From: a virus | Lineage: Duplodnaviria; Caudoviricetes | Virus record (IMG/VR): IMGVR_UViG_3300035180_001680 | Direction: 5' to 3' (one strand) | DNA length: 64,000 nucleotides | Part shown: positions 47,328-57,034 of the stretch, in pieces | Layout: every line of letters starts with the position of its first letter | Position numbering within the stretch: position 1 is the stretch's first letter | Notes under the pieces: model-generated | The model's input: only the letters and a program-made list of their open reading frames with translations | What the model was told of the DNA's origin: nothing | Databases searched by the model: none | Translations under genes and position numbers: made by a program

Positions 47328-48522
47328 ATCTTATAGAAAATGAGTGAACATATTGGACAGCAAACATATTCCAATTTGGTTTATCGGCTGGATAGGGGAA
47401 CCAACCCGTTCCATACCCTTGATGATATTCAACTTTAAGTTCATTGTTTTGATCGTAGTGATATACACCCCCAACAACGACTTCTCTTCCTTCTCTGGCC
47501 CACGTTGCAACAGCAGATGGAGATGGAGCATTTTTGTTTGTGTGTTCAAATTTTGAATAACCCGCAAATCCTGTAAAGTCTGAAGATAGCTGTTTTTCAA
47601 CTCTAACAAAATATCCAACAGGTTCTGTCGGAAAATTGTGTTTAACATATTCTCCCATTATGGTCCAATCACCATCTGTATATCTAATTCCCAGTGTACT
47701 GTATTTGTGAAAAAACGAATAATTTTTTGGAAGATATGGATTACCATTACAACTTCTGTGTTTCAAAGGATCACACCCTGGAATAGTATAGTTCTGATTA
47801 TATTCTCCATTAAGTTCCGTTTGGTTGTATTGTATAGTCCAATTAAGGTTTTCAAATTTTATTGTATTCGAGAGAACGGGACTTGTTAAAGCAAACGAAT
47901 CACCTTCAAATAATTGATCATGAAAATATCCATAAAAAGCAGGAGCTTGATCTTGGTTTTTCATTACTCCGTTCCCATAAGAAGAAGTAAAAGAAACACT
48001 TCCTATTCCCTTGATTTCTTTAGTAATATCAAGCTGAATTCCATCTACAGATTGTGCACAATAATTTGACGCTGGCCAATAAGTAGAAAAAGGAAGATAT
48101 ATAGTTGTTCTAGAATGTGGGTTATTTCTTTGGTTTTCTAACAAACCAATATCATATTTAACTCGACCTACTCCAATTGTTCCAACTGTATCACAACAAA
48201 TAGATGTTGAATATGACAGTGTAGCATAATCTATATCAGCTTCATAATCCTTTCGGATACCCTTTGTTATGTCAATTGCTGCTACAAACCCAACATTTTC
48301 TGTGATATCATAAGTAGTGTTTAATATTAATTGATTATCCAATGAAGTTCCAGATCTGGTATTATAAGCACTATTGTTGGTATTCAATATTGTAGATGCG
48401 AATGTCCCGAATAAGTGAAAGTTTGAAGTATCATTTCCATATGAATATACTGGCACACTTAAAAATAAAGTAACAATAATTAATTTAATTGACTGCAATA
48501 CGCCTGATTCCACGATGTCCAT
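47326..48522 (-). CDS. Outer-membrane beta-barrel (porin-like) protein
   Basis: Signal-peptide-like N-terminus; IDYATLSY, GRVK, DGIQL, alternating aromatic strands, C-terminal QYVHSF. Confidence 0.7.
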   Translation of the reverse strand: MDIVESGVLQSIKLIIVTLFLSVPVYSYGNDTSNFHLFGTFASTILNTNNSAYNTRSGTSLDNQLILNTTYDITENVGFVAAIDITKGIRKDYEADIDYATLSYSTSICCDTVGTIGVGRVKYDIGLLENQRNNPHSRTTIYLPFSTYWPASNYCAQSVDGIQLDITKEIKGIGSVSFTSSYGNGVMKNQDQAPAFYGYFHDQLFEGDSFALTSPVLSNTIKFENLNWTIQYNQTELNGEYNQNYTIPGCDPLKHRSCNGNPYLPKNYSFFHKYSTLGIRYTDGDWTIMGEYVKHNFPTEPVGYFVRVEKQLSSDFTGFAGYSKFEHTNKNAPSPSAVATWAREGREVVVGGVYHYDQNNELKVEYHQGYGTGWFPYPADKPNWNMFAVQYVHSFSIR

Positions 48523-48964
48523 CTCCCACTACAATATACGATTTTACAAATCCAATTCTACCAGGTTTGGTAGAGATTTCGTGGATCATCTGTTCTTCTG
48601 AACCAACGACTGTTGGTGGAACACCTCTTCCGTTGTTTATTTTGCTGTCGATCGCTTCCTCGAATCTATAAATATTTATCCCGAAATATTCTCTAACAAA
48701 CGTTTTCATTATTGGAGTATCTTGAGTATACAACACTACAATTATTTTATTTCCATTACTCCATCTTGTAGTCGTTAATGTGAATATTGCCCACAAATCT
48801 GTTACAGATATCGTATTTTCGGGGACATCAATGCTTGTAATGGGAACGGTAAAATTATTTGATGCAGAGAGGATTGTCGGAAACAAAAACATCAACAACA
48901 GTAAACCCAATGATCGTAACGAATTAATGTGATTTCTGCCATAGTGATTGAATTGTGTCTTCAT
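48485..48964 (-). CDS. Small periplasmic binding protein-like (phosphate-ABC SBP-like) protein
   Basis: W.NG..I.V....F...GRG.PP.VV.SEEQM...I...PG.IGFV pattern; signal peptide. Confidence 0.65.
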   Translation of the reverse strand: MKTQFNHYGRNHINSLRSLGLLLLMFLFPTILSASNNFTVPITSIDVPENTISVTDLWAIFTLTTTRWSNGNKIIVVLYTQDTPIMKTFVREYFGINIYRFEEAIDSKINNGRGVPPTVVGSEEQMIHEISTKPGRIGFVKSYIVVGDGHRGIRRIAVN

Positions 48965-49205
48965 CTTCTATAATCCTCATCTGTAATTTGTCTACTTTAT
49001 CTGATACACTATCAATTTGTTTTTGCATTTTTTCAGAATTCTGTGTTTGATATACCAATTCTTTTTCAGCAACAGTCAACCGAGTTCCAAATACTCCCCA
49101 TGCCATAGTCATGGCAACTACTATTGAGACAAAGGTGACTATATCTTTTAACGTAATAACATTAGAGTATTTAAGAAGTTCTCCTTCCCTTGCTTCAGCC
49201 ATCAC
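48924..49205 (-). CDS. Small membrane protein with coiled coil
   Basis: Single TM followed by heptad repeats. Confidence 0.6.
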   Translation of the reverse strand: MMAEAREGELLKYSNVITLKDIVTFVSIVVAMTMAWGVFGTRLTVAEKELVYQTQNSEKMQKQIDSVSDKVDKLQMRIIEDEDTIQSLWQKSH

Positions 49206-49236
49206 ACACCATCCTATACTTTCATTCGTGTCATAC

Positions 49237-49266
49237 TATTTATAATTTTTGTGTATTTTATAAATA
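49237..49266. promoter_or_regulatory. Back-to-back divergent TATAAATA late promoters
   Basis: TATAAATA on minus (49237-49244) and plus (49259-49266). Confidence 0.6.
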
Positions 49267-49304
49267 CATTTAATTACAATTTATCTCATTGCAGAAGACA
49301 TTAT

Positions 49305-50039
49305 ATGAATAGTACTAAAGATCATAGCAAAATATACTTCTGGTTAATAGTTTTAACCGTTAATATTACCGTTGGAACTTTAATTGGTTTGTTTAGATTG
49401 TCAATGTCCAACATTCACCCAGAACCAGCGTTTGTTGTATTGTCTAAACAAATTGTTGATTCACAGTCATATTTTGATAAAAAAATTAATTATACTAACG
49501 CTCGAGTAGATCAACTTCAAACAAAAGCTGATCTAATGGGACAAAGAGTCGATCAACAATCTAGTGAGATAGAAAACAGAAATAGATTCTCACAAAAAAA
49601 AATGTCACAGGACAATAAAATGACTATAGAACAAATAATGGTTTGGTTTGTAACAAATATACCATCATTGTATATATTTTCAACGTCAATATTCATTTGT
49701 TGGGGAATTTTTATTATTCTTTCCCTAAAAAAAATTATGGATTTAGTAAAAAAAGAAGAACAGGATAATTTTAATGATGCACCAGACTTTTTTCATCCAA
49801 ATTTAATACTTCGTAAATGCGATAGAATCCATATGGGAATTACTTCAAGTGTTCTAATCTTCAATGTTTTGGGAATGATTATTGTTCCAACAGTATCTTT
49901 TTGTGTCGATCTTTTGTTTGTTTCCAATGTTTGGGTCTTCGTTTATTACATGTTCATTACTACCACAAGTTTAAAACAATTTCCCAAAATTTGGAATTCA
50001 AATCACATTCGGGAACTTGATAAAAAAGTTATTATTTAA
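49305..50039 (+). CDS. Multi-pass membrane protein
   Basis: About four hydrophobic segments plus a coiled coil. Confidence 0.6.
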   Translation: MNSTKDHSKIYFWLIVLTVNITVGTLIGLFRLSMSNIHPEPAFVVLSKQIVDSQSYFDKKINYTNARVDQLQTKADLMGQRVDQQSSEIENRNRFSQKKMSQDNKMTIEQIMVWFVTNIPSLYIFSTSIFICWGIFIILSLKKIMDLVKKEEQDNFNDAPDFFHPNLILRKCDRIHMGITSSVLIFNVLGMIIVPTVSFCVDLLFVSNVWVFVYYMFITTTSLKQFPKIWNSNHIRELDKKVII

Positions 50040-50242
50040 TGTCTACTGAATCTAGTAAAACATACATATTTGAAAACGTGGAAGTTGCACCAACTGGACG
50101 TATTGCAACCAGAAAGATTATTTTATCTTCAAAAACTCATGTAGAATCTTTAATAGAAATTAAACCTATTGATTCAACAGGACCAACATGGAAAAAGTGG
50201 GTTAGGCAAGACGATTTATATGAGGTTGGTTTCGTTGACTAG
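50039..50242 (+). CDS. Hypothetical protein
   Basis: Coupled ORF. Confidence 0.65.
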   Translation: MSTESSKTYIFENVEVAPTGRIATRKIILSSKTHVESLIEIKPIDSTGPTWKKWVRQDDLYEVGFVD

Positions 50243-50298
50243 TCAGTTTAAACTATGTTATAATATTCCTATTATAATAACAATAATAAGGAGTTTGT

Positions 50299-52062
50299 AT
50301 GACAGAAGTTTCAACAAGCAAACAATTCCACGATGTACAATATCTCACTCTTTTACGAGACATTTTAGATAATGGACGCGCTTGTGTAGATAGAACTGGA
50401 ACTGGAACTGTTAAAGTATTCAGTCGACAAATGAGGTTCGATCTCTCTGATGGGACTATCCCCCTCTTAACAACAAAGAAAATGCATCTTCCAGCGGTAC
50501 TTCATGAAATTTTGTGGTATTTAAGTGGAAATAGCAACATCAAATATCTTCAAGATAATGGAATTCGAATTTGGAATGAATGGTGCACTCCTGAAGGACA
50601 TCTGAATAAGGTGTATGGATACCAGTGGAGACACTGGGAAAAGGATGATTGGTTATCATCTGTTGTTGAAATTAAAAAGCGTTCTGGAGGAATCAATGAA
50701 CCGTTCATTCCCCCTGTGAATGAAAAATTGAACCCTGAAACAACAGACGACGATTTCGTTGGGAAAAAATTACAAACACGGTTTGGTGATTGGTTTACAG
50801 TAGTCAATAAAGAGTGCAAACCAGGTGATAAGAACAGTACGTATGTGATTCAATTTGAACAAACGTCTACTATTAAGAGAGTGTTACGTCCAGTATTACG
50901 AACAAAACAAATAAACATCCGAGATCCATATAGAATTAGTGTTTATAATGAGGGATGTTTGGGGGAATATAGAGAATATACACCGATTCGAAACCAAGCA
51001 TATAATCTTTGGTATAACATGATGAGACGTTGCTTTGATCCGTCTCATCCAGAATATTATTTGTACGGCCACAGGGGTGTTTTTGTTGATAAATCCTGGA
51101 GATGTTTTTCAAACTTTCTTCGGGACATTCATGACTTACCTTATTTTTCAAAGTGGGCAGCAAATCCATCAGCATACGATCTCGATAAAGATTATTTTGG
51201 TTCTTCTTCATACAGTAAATTCACCTGTATATTTCTCCCTAAAAAATATAATCAGGTTCTTCCAAAACTTGATGGTTGCAAATATATTGCAACAAACAAA
51301 CAGACTGGTGATTGTTATGATTTTACTGTTCCAAGGTGGTTCGCAAAACAGGTTGGAATTAAGCACAGTCAGATAATTTCGACTGCATTAAACAATTCTC
51401 CCAATTCTCAAACTCGTGATTGGAAGTTTGAACGGATTGAACCTCGTGAAGGATATGTATTTAGACATCAGTTGTATGTCGATCAAATCGCTGATGTTGT
51501 TCGTAAACTGAAAACTAACCCCGACGATCGCCGAATTATGGTTAGTGCTTGGAACGTTGGAGAGATTGATCAAATGAGACTTCCGCCGTGCCACTTCACG
51601 TTTCAATTCTTTTCAACTGAAATGACACAACCCGAACGACTCAAATGGTTTCAATTTGCTTTCGGGGAATACAATCTTGACGGTATGTCTTGGAACATGG
51701 TTAACGACATGCTTAATAATCACAATGTGCCAACTCGTTCTCTAAGTTGTGTGATGCACCAACGCAGTTGTGATACATTCCTGGGTGTTCCTTTTAATAT
51801 CGTTCAGTATAGTATTATAACAAGAATGTTGTGTGAAGTTGTTGAAATGGCTCCAGGTGAATTTATTTGGGACGGGGGAGATGTTCATATCTACAACAAC
51901 CACATTGAGCAGGTTAAAGAACAACTTACCAGAACTCCTCGTGCTTCCCCAACTCTTGAGTTCGCTCGTGCTGTTGACAATATTGACGATTTCAGATACG
52001 ATGACTTCGTGATAAATGATTATGACCCCCTCCCAGCTATCAAAGCAAAGGTGAGTGTATGA
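50299..52062 (+). CDS. thyA: Thymidylate synthase with an in-frame HNH-like insertion
   Basis: DRTGTGT, PLLTTKK, YGYQWR, DQI, DRRIMVSAWN, LPPCH, QRSCD.FLGVPFN, GDVHIY.NH. Confidence 0.93.
   Translation: MTEVSTSKQFHDVQYLTLLRDILDNGRACVDRTGTGTVKVFSRQMRFDLSDGTIPLLTTKKMHLPAVLHEILWYLSGNSNIKYLQDNGIRIWNEWCTPEGHLNKVYGYQWRHWEKDDWLSSVVEIKKRSGGINEPFIPPVNEKLNPETTDDDFVGKKLQTRFGDWFTVVNKECKPGDKNSTYVIQFEQTSTIKRVLRPVLRTKQINIRDPYRISVYNEGCLGEYREYTPIRNQAYNLWYNMMRRCFDPSHPEYYLYGHRGVFVDKSWRCFSNFLRDIHDLPYFSKWAANPSAYDLDKDYFGSSSYSKFTCIFLPKKYNQVLPKLDGCKYIATNKQTGDCYDFTVPRWFAKQVGIKHSQIISTALNNSPNSQTRDWKFERIEPREGYVFRHQLYVDQIADVVRKLKTNPDDRRIMVSAWNVGEIDQMRLPPCHFTFQFFSTEMTQPERLKWFQFAFGEYNLDGMSWNMVNDMLNNHNVPTRSLSCVMHQRSCDTFLGVPFNIVQYSIITRMLCEVVEMAPGEFIWDGGDVHIYNNHIEQVKEQLTRTPRASPTLEFARAVDNIDDFRYDDFVINDYDPLPAIKAKVSV
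50650..51470 (+). mobile_element. Homing-endonuclease-like (HNH/His-Me finger) domain inserted in frame in thyA; boundaries approximate
   Basis: YNLWYNMMRRC...YYLYG.RGV.V...W..F.NF...LDKD...YS..TC.F.P..YN between YQWRHW and VDQI; no intein termini. Confidence 0.7.
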
Positions 52063-52191
52063 TGAACGTTATTAAGTATGAAGAACAATGGGCGATTGAT
52101 AAACGGCTTGGAATCTTGGATTAGTAAGGACGTGGTTTATCTGATGAAGATCGTCAACGTTTTAAAAACCATTATAGAAAGAGGTAATTAA

Positions 52192-52692
52192 ATGAGATTT
52201 TATAGTTTTACAAACTGGATGCTTCGGCCGATTCAACAAGGAATTCAACCTGGCCACGCTGCCGTTGAGTTGTTTGTTAAATATCACCACTCTTCCGTAG
52301 TAAAAATTCTTTATGATTGGGCTGAAAACTACAAAACATTCATGTGTATGAACGGTGGAAATAACGCTGACCTGCTTGAATTGTGGTCTTTTGTTGATGA
52401 TATTAACAACCCTTATCCATACGCAGCATTTTATGAAGACGAACAGTCATTGAATGGAACAATGACGAGTATTGGAATTGTGCTTCCTGAAAAGATTTAC
52501 GCAACTGCTGAATTTGAACGCAAATCTCAAAGTTCTAATTTTATCAACCTTCCAGAAACAGTAGATTCGTGGTCGTGGCATTCTTGGGTTGCTACAATCA
52601 TTGATTCTAAAGGAAATTGGAAGGAATACATATTTTCTGATTGGGAAAAAGAGTTGATTGAACGGTTAAACAAAACTGGGCTTGCTACATGA
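52192..52692 (+). CDS. Hypothetical, PTH2 (peptidyl-tRNA hydrolase)-like protein
   Basis: IQQGIQPGHAAVEL, KTFMCMNGG, FYEDE.SLNG..TSIGIV. Confidence 0.45.
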   Translation: MRFYSFTNWMLRPIQQGIQPGHAAVELFVKYHHSSVVKILYDWAENYKTFMCMNGGNNADLLELWSFVDDINNPYPYAAFYEDEQSLNGTMTSIGIVLPEKIYATAEFERKSQSSNFINLPETVDSWSWHSWVATIIDSKGNWKEYIFSDWEKELIERLNKTGLAT

Positions 52693-52925
52693 ACATGAAA
52701 GTATTAACTCCAGAAACTCCGTTGGAACAATGTTCGTGGGATGAAACGTTTTCAATTTTTCTTGGTGGATCCATAGAAGTGGATAAAGTTGATAAGTGGT
52801 ATGAACGTGTAATCAATACATGTGGGACGGACAATATAGTATTCCTTAACCCCCGAAGGAATAATGATGAAGTCAAGGGGTGGGTTAAAAAAATGGAACA
52901 CCTTTGTGGATTGGAATCAAAATGA
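52689..52925 (+). pseudogene. Truncated nucleoside deoxyribosyltransferase-like protein
   Basis: SIFLGGSIE...W...VFLNPRR then early end. Confidence 0.5.
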
Positions 52926-53728
52926 GCAAAACTGATAGTTTAGGAGATAGAATGAAGGGATATGAATCAATCCCAAAACTTTTTCTCATGAAACGAACCC
53001 CTATTATTATTCGTCTGGATGGTAGAGCATTTCATTCATTTACAAAACGAAAAACTATTAAGGAAACTTTGATTGATGATCCATTTAGTGATTTAATGAA
53101 TCACTGTATGGTTGAAACAACAAGAGCTTTATGTAATCAAATTCAAGGTGCAAAAGTTGGATATACACAATCCGACGAAATTTCTTTGTTGTTAACTGAT
53201 TGGGAAACTACTGAAACCCAACAGTGGTTTGACGGGAATATTCAGAAAATCGTTTCTTTGTCTGCGTCTATTGCCACACTCGCATTTAACAAAGTTTACG
53301 CTGAATATGAAACAATTGAAGACTATTCCAAACTTCCAATGTTTGATTCTCGGGTGTTTAATCTTCCGAAGGAAGAAGTCGTTAATTACTTTTTGTGGAG
53401 ACAACAAGACGCTTCCAGAAACAGCGTTAACATGCTCGCTCAATATCACTTTTCCCACAGAGAACTCCAGGGAAAAAAGAACAATGAAATGCAAGATAAG
53501 TTAATATTGGAAAAAGGTGTTAACTGGAATGATATTGAGACTTGGAAAAAACGTGGAACCTGTGTAGTTAAAACACCCGTTTCAGTTGTTGTTACTCCTC
53601 GGAAAGTTTTTGGTAAAGAAGAGAATGAAACGATTACGAATACCGTAAGTCGTGCTAGGTGGATTCCAGATTACGAAATCCCCATTTTTTCACAAGATCG
53701 TGATTACATCAATCAATATTTAAAATAA
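52922..53728 (+). CDS. thg1: tRNA(His) guanylyltransferase Thg1-like 3'-5' polymerase
   Basis: LGDRMKGYE, IRLDGRAFHSFT, YTQSDEISL, FDSRVF, YF.WRQQD..RN, KRG. Confidence 0.92.
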   Translation: MSKTDSLGDRMKGYESIPKLFLMKRTPIIIRLDGRAFHSFTKRKTIKETLIDDPFSDLMNHCMVETTRALCNQIQGAKVGYTQSDEISLLLTDWETTETQQWFDGNIQKIVSLSASIATLAFNKVYAEYETIEDYSKLPMFDSRVFNLPKEEVVNYFLWRQQDASRNSVNMLAQYHFSHRELQGKKNNEMQDKLILEKGVNWNDIETWKKRGTCVVKTPVSVVVTPRKVFGKEENETITNTVSRARWIPDYEIPIFSQDRDYINQYLK

Positions 53729-53739
53729 AGGAGAACATT

Positions 53740-54009
53740 ATGGTTGGAGGGAATGGTTTTGGTTCATTTATTGACAGTATGGCTAATGAGACTTTGTTTG
53801 CTCGACGGTTTTTTTATAATGATATTGAATACAATCTAATACACAAACTCGATATAAAAGTTCCTGATGACACAGTAGAAAAAAGTAAGTTACTAAATTG
53901 GGTATTAGCTTGTAAAGTGTTAGATGGTGTTCCAGGAAATGTTGTAATAGTCCCATGCGATATTGATAAGATTTGGGAACAGGTTAACGAAGAAGCAAAA
54001 CGTGGTTAA
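53740..54009 (+). CDS. Hypothetical protein
   Basis: AAGGAG RBS. Confidence 0.6.
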   Translation: MVGGNGFGSFIDSMANETLFARRFFYNDIEYNLIHKLDIKVPDDTVEKSKLLNWVLACKVLDGVPGNVVIVPCDIDKIWEQVNEEAKRG

Positions 54010-54499
54010 TAAAATAACCAAAGAACAACAGCTGGTATTGGATTCGATTACCAACCTCCCACCACGAGATTTCGTTAAATGTGACTTTTCATCTAAAATT
54101 AAAACACTTTTGAATGAGAAGGTTAAGGCGTGGTTTAATAGTGACGATTATCGCATTGAACAAGCCAAACAAAACCTGGCAAATTAACTCAGAAATGAGT
54201 TAAAAGCAAAGAAATATGAACAACAATATTTGTGGGCAGCGGAAAACGTGAAGCCTGGGATGATTGTTAAGATGAACGGAACACGAGATGGCCATGGATT
54301 ACGAAAAGTGGTGTCAGTGGAAAACGGACAAATAATTGGACGAAAACTTGAACCTTGTTATAGAAACAATCCAACAATTTACCCTAATCAAGAAATTGTT
54401 CTGTTGGGGACAAAATGTTGGAAAGTTATTCATGACGTAACAACTCATGGAGCAGATAAGTTTAATAAAGTAATTGATTACAAGTTGCCTTCAGAATAA
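54002..54499 (+). pseudogene. Hypothetical gene interrupted by an in-frame TAA at 54185
   Basis: ORFs 53963-54187 and 54230-54499 share a frame with only one stop between them. Confidence 0.55.
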
Positions 54500-54541
54500 A
54501 TTTGGGGTATTATTACCACACTTACTCACTAGGATAATTAA

Positions 54542-56521
54542 ATGTCAACAAAATTAGGACTTACCCAAGCTAAAATATTTGCTCGAGATGTGTTTGAGTT
54601 GGATTATGATATTGAGGATGCTGAAGGAGAAGACATTATAAATGCACTAACATGTGCAGATGACCTGTATTTTAACGATCAAGAAAGTTTCCTCACTGAT
54701 GAACAATACGATACACTGAAACGTATTGCTGAAAGACTCAATTCTTCGGATGAGTATTTCGTTGGAATTGGTAGTAAAGTTCGCGGTGGAAAAATTAAAC
54801 TGCCGTACAAAATGGGTAGTTTGACTCAATCTTATGAAGGTGATGTTGAAAAATGGGTTGATAAATATAAACTACACACAGAGAAAATTATAATCAGTGA
54901 CAAATTGGATGGTGTAAGTGCTCTTGTTTTGTACAACCACAAACAGTTTCAAATTGCATATTCACGTGGAGATGGTTTTGAGGGAGCAGATATTTCTCGA
55001 CATCTCCGTAAGTTTACTTCTGTTCCCAACACTGTGAGCAGTTCAAACATCATTGCTGTTCGTGGTGAAATAATCATTTCCGAAGAAAATTTCAAAAAAG
55101 TTTGTGATTTGCGTATTAAATCACGAAGTGGTGAACCCTACAAGAACGCCCGAAATGCTGTTGCTGGTATGATGAATTCGTCTACCAACCCTGAATCGTT
55201 GTACCAGTATCTTGATTTCATTGCATATGAACTCGTTGATCCAGCATTCATGTCAAAAGATGAACAACTTGAACTTCTAAAGCGGAATGGTTTTAGTACT
55301 GTCAAAGCGAAAATATATGATGGTGGGCGTTTAAATGATAATTCTTTAATCGATATCCTTACAGATCGGCGTGAGCATACACAATATGATATTGATGGGA
55401 TTGTTCTTGAAATTAATGATGCAGACCTTCGTAAAAAGATTAATCCTTCCAAAGAAACTCTGAATCCCGAATATGCTCGGAAGTACAAGATTGCTTCAGA
55501 AGATAATATGGCGATCGTGAATGTCGTTAATGTTCATTGGAACGTCAGCAAAACTGGTTACTTGAAGCCTCGAGTTGAAATTGAACCTGTTGATTTGATG
55601 GGAGTAACGATTACATTCGCCACTGGTTTTAATACAAAGTTTATTTTTGAGAATCGGATTGGTCCGGGTGCGAAGGTCCGTATTACGAGAGCTGGAGACG
55701 TTATACCTTTTATAACAGAAGTAATCGAACCTTCTCACAATGAGAAATATAATGACTGGTTTAACGCAAAATTGTCTACCTTCGGTGAGTGGCAATGGAC
55801 AGAAACATCTGTAGATACATACTTGATTAGTGACCATCCAGACATCGCTCTCGAGCGTGCAAAGGATTTCTTTATGACGATTGATGCTCCTATTCTTCGA
55901 GAAGGCAACATCGTTAAGTTATTCGAAGCTGGATTTGATACTCCTGTGAAGATTATCAAGGCATCCAGAGTGGAGATGATTTCAATTCTCGGAGAAAATG
56001 GAAAGAAGGCGTATGATGGTCTTCGTGAAAAACTTAATAATATTCCAGAATATGTGCTGATGGCTGCATCAGGAGAGTTTGGACGAGGTGTTGGAGTTCG
56101 AAAACTGAAAAAACTATATGAAGCTGCAAAGGGTTCGACGCTGATGTTTTGGGATAAGAAATTTGTGTGTAGTGTTGAAGGTTTTGATGAAAAGACTGCA
56201 AACCGAATTCTAGCTGGTAGAGTTCCTTGGGAACATTTTTGTTATGATGTTCTTGATTGTGTTACTCTAAAACCATATGAGGAGAAACAATCAGTGGAAG
56301 GAAATTTATCGGGACAAATTTTTGTCTTTACGGGTTTCCGAGATAAGGTGCTCCAACAAAAAATAGAAGATGTGGGAGGTTCCGTCGCTGATTCTTATAG
56401 TAAAAAAGTAACTTGTGTCGTAGCAAAAGATCCTTCTGAAAATAGTGGGAAACTACAAAAAGCTCATAAAGATGGCATCAAAGTTATTGGCATAAACGAA
56501 GCATGGGAGATGGTGGAATAA
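54542..56521 (+). CDS. ligA: NAD-dependent DNA ligase
   Basis: SDKLDGVS, VRGE, NARNAVAG, IDGIV, TG.LKP, RAGDVIP, C-terminal BRCT (FVFTGFR). Confidence 0.95.
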   Translation: MSTKLGLTQAKIFARDVFELDYDIEDAEGEDIINALTCADDLYFNDQESFLTDEQYDTLKRIAERLNSSDEYFVGIGSKVRGGKIKLPYKMGSLTQSYEGDVEKWVDKYKLHTEKIIISDKLDGVSALVLYNHKQFQIAYSRGDGFEGADISRHLRKFTSVPNTVSSSNIIAVRGEIIISEENFKKVCDLRIKSRSGEPYKNARNAVAGMMNSSTNPESLYQYLDFIAYELVDPAFMSKDEQLELLKRNGFSTVKAKIYDGGRLNDNSLIDILTDRREHTQYDIDGIVLEINDADLRKKINPSKETLNPEYARKYKIASEDNMAIVNVVNVHWNVSKTGYLKPRVEIEPVDLMGVTITFATGFNTKFIFENRIGPGAKVRITRAGDVIPFITEVIEPSHNEKYNDWFNAKLSTFGEWQWTETSVDTYLISDHPDIALERAKDFFMTIDAPILREGNIVKLFEAGFDTPVKIIKASRVEMISILGENGKKAYDGLREKLNNIPEYVLMAASGEFGRGVGVRKLKKLYEAAKGSTLMFWDKKFVCSVEGFDEKTANRILAGRVPWEHFCYDVLDCVTLKPYEEKQSVEGNLSGQIFVFTGFRDKVLQQKIEDVGGSVADSYSKKVTCVVAKDPSENSGKLQKAHKDGIKVIGINEAWEMVE

Positions 56522-56572
56522 TATGAAGGGTACAAAAACTATACCAGAGCGATATGCGTTGATAAAAAAGAT

Positions 56573-56806
56573 TTGGATAGAGATTATAAAAACCCAAAAA
56601 TCCTTCAACAAGAATGTTGTCTTCATGTTAATCTGCGGGGAGAATACATGAAGCCAGTATTCAGAGATGATTCTTATTGGGTGGATTTTGTGTGTCCTGA
56701 TTGTGGTAAACGGTGGACAGAAGATCAAGCAGATGTGAGGTTTGATCAAGCCGAACGAACAACTGTAACCAAAGAAGGATTCAGTTTTATTAAGGTGAAA
56801 AGATGA
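56573..56806 (+). CDS. Hypothetical protein (CPDC Zn-ribbon-like)
   Basis: ORF track. Confidence 0.5.
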   Translation: MDRDYKNPKILQQECCLHVNLRGEYMKPVFRDDSYWVDFVCPDCGKRWTEDQADVRFDQAERTTVTKEGFSFIKVKR

Positions 56807-57003
56807 TTAAAAAACCTGGGCAACGACCAACAAGAAGCCAGAAACTTTTGTTAGCTCAACTCGTTGAACAAAAGACCAACGAAGAGATTGTTGTTCATCA
56901 CATAAGCGAGGATACTTGGTTTCGTTTACAACTTGAAATTGAACGGCGGTATTATTTGGATTCAAATATGATTTCGGTTGAATTTGAACGAGTATTCTTG
57001 TAA
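56803..57003 (+). CDS. Hypothetical protein
   Basis: Coupled ORF. Confidence 0.5.
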   Translation: MIKKPGQRPTRSQKLLLAQLVEQKTNEEIVVHHISEDTWFRLQLEIERRYYLDSNMISVEFERVFL

Positions 57004-57034
57004 AATACAAATATCTAATAAAAAGGAGGATAAA

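Noticed and set aside
50638-51477. Intein or canonical group I intron in thyA
   Set aside because: No Hint-domain termini; no recognisable P7/catalytic core or intron-typical stop-containing flanks. Kept only as an unexplained in-frame insertion.
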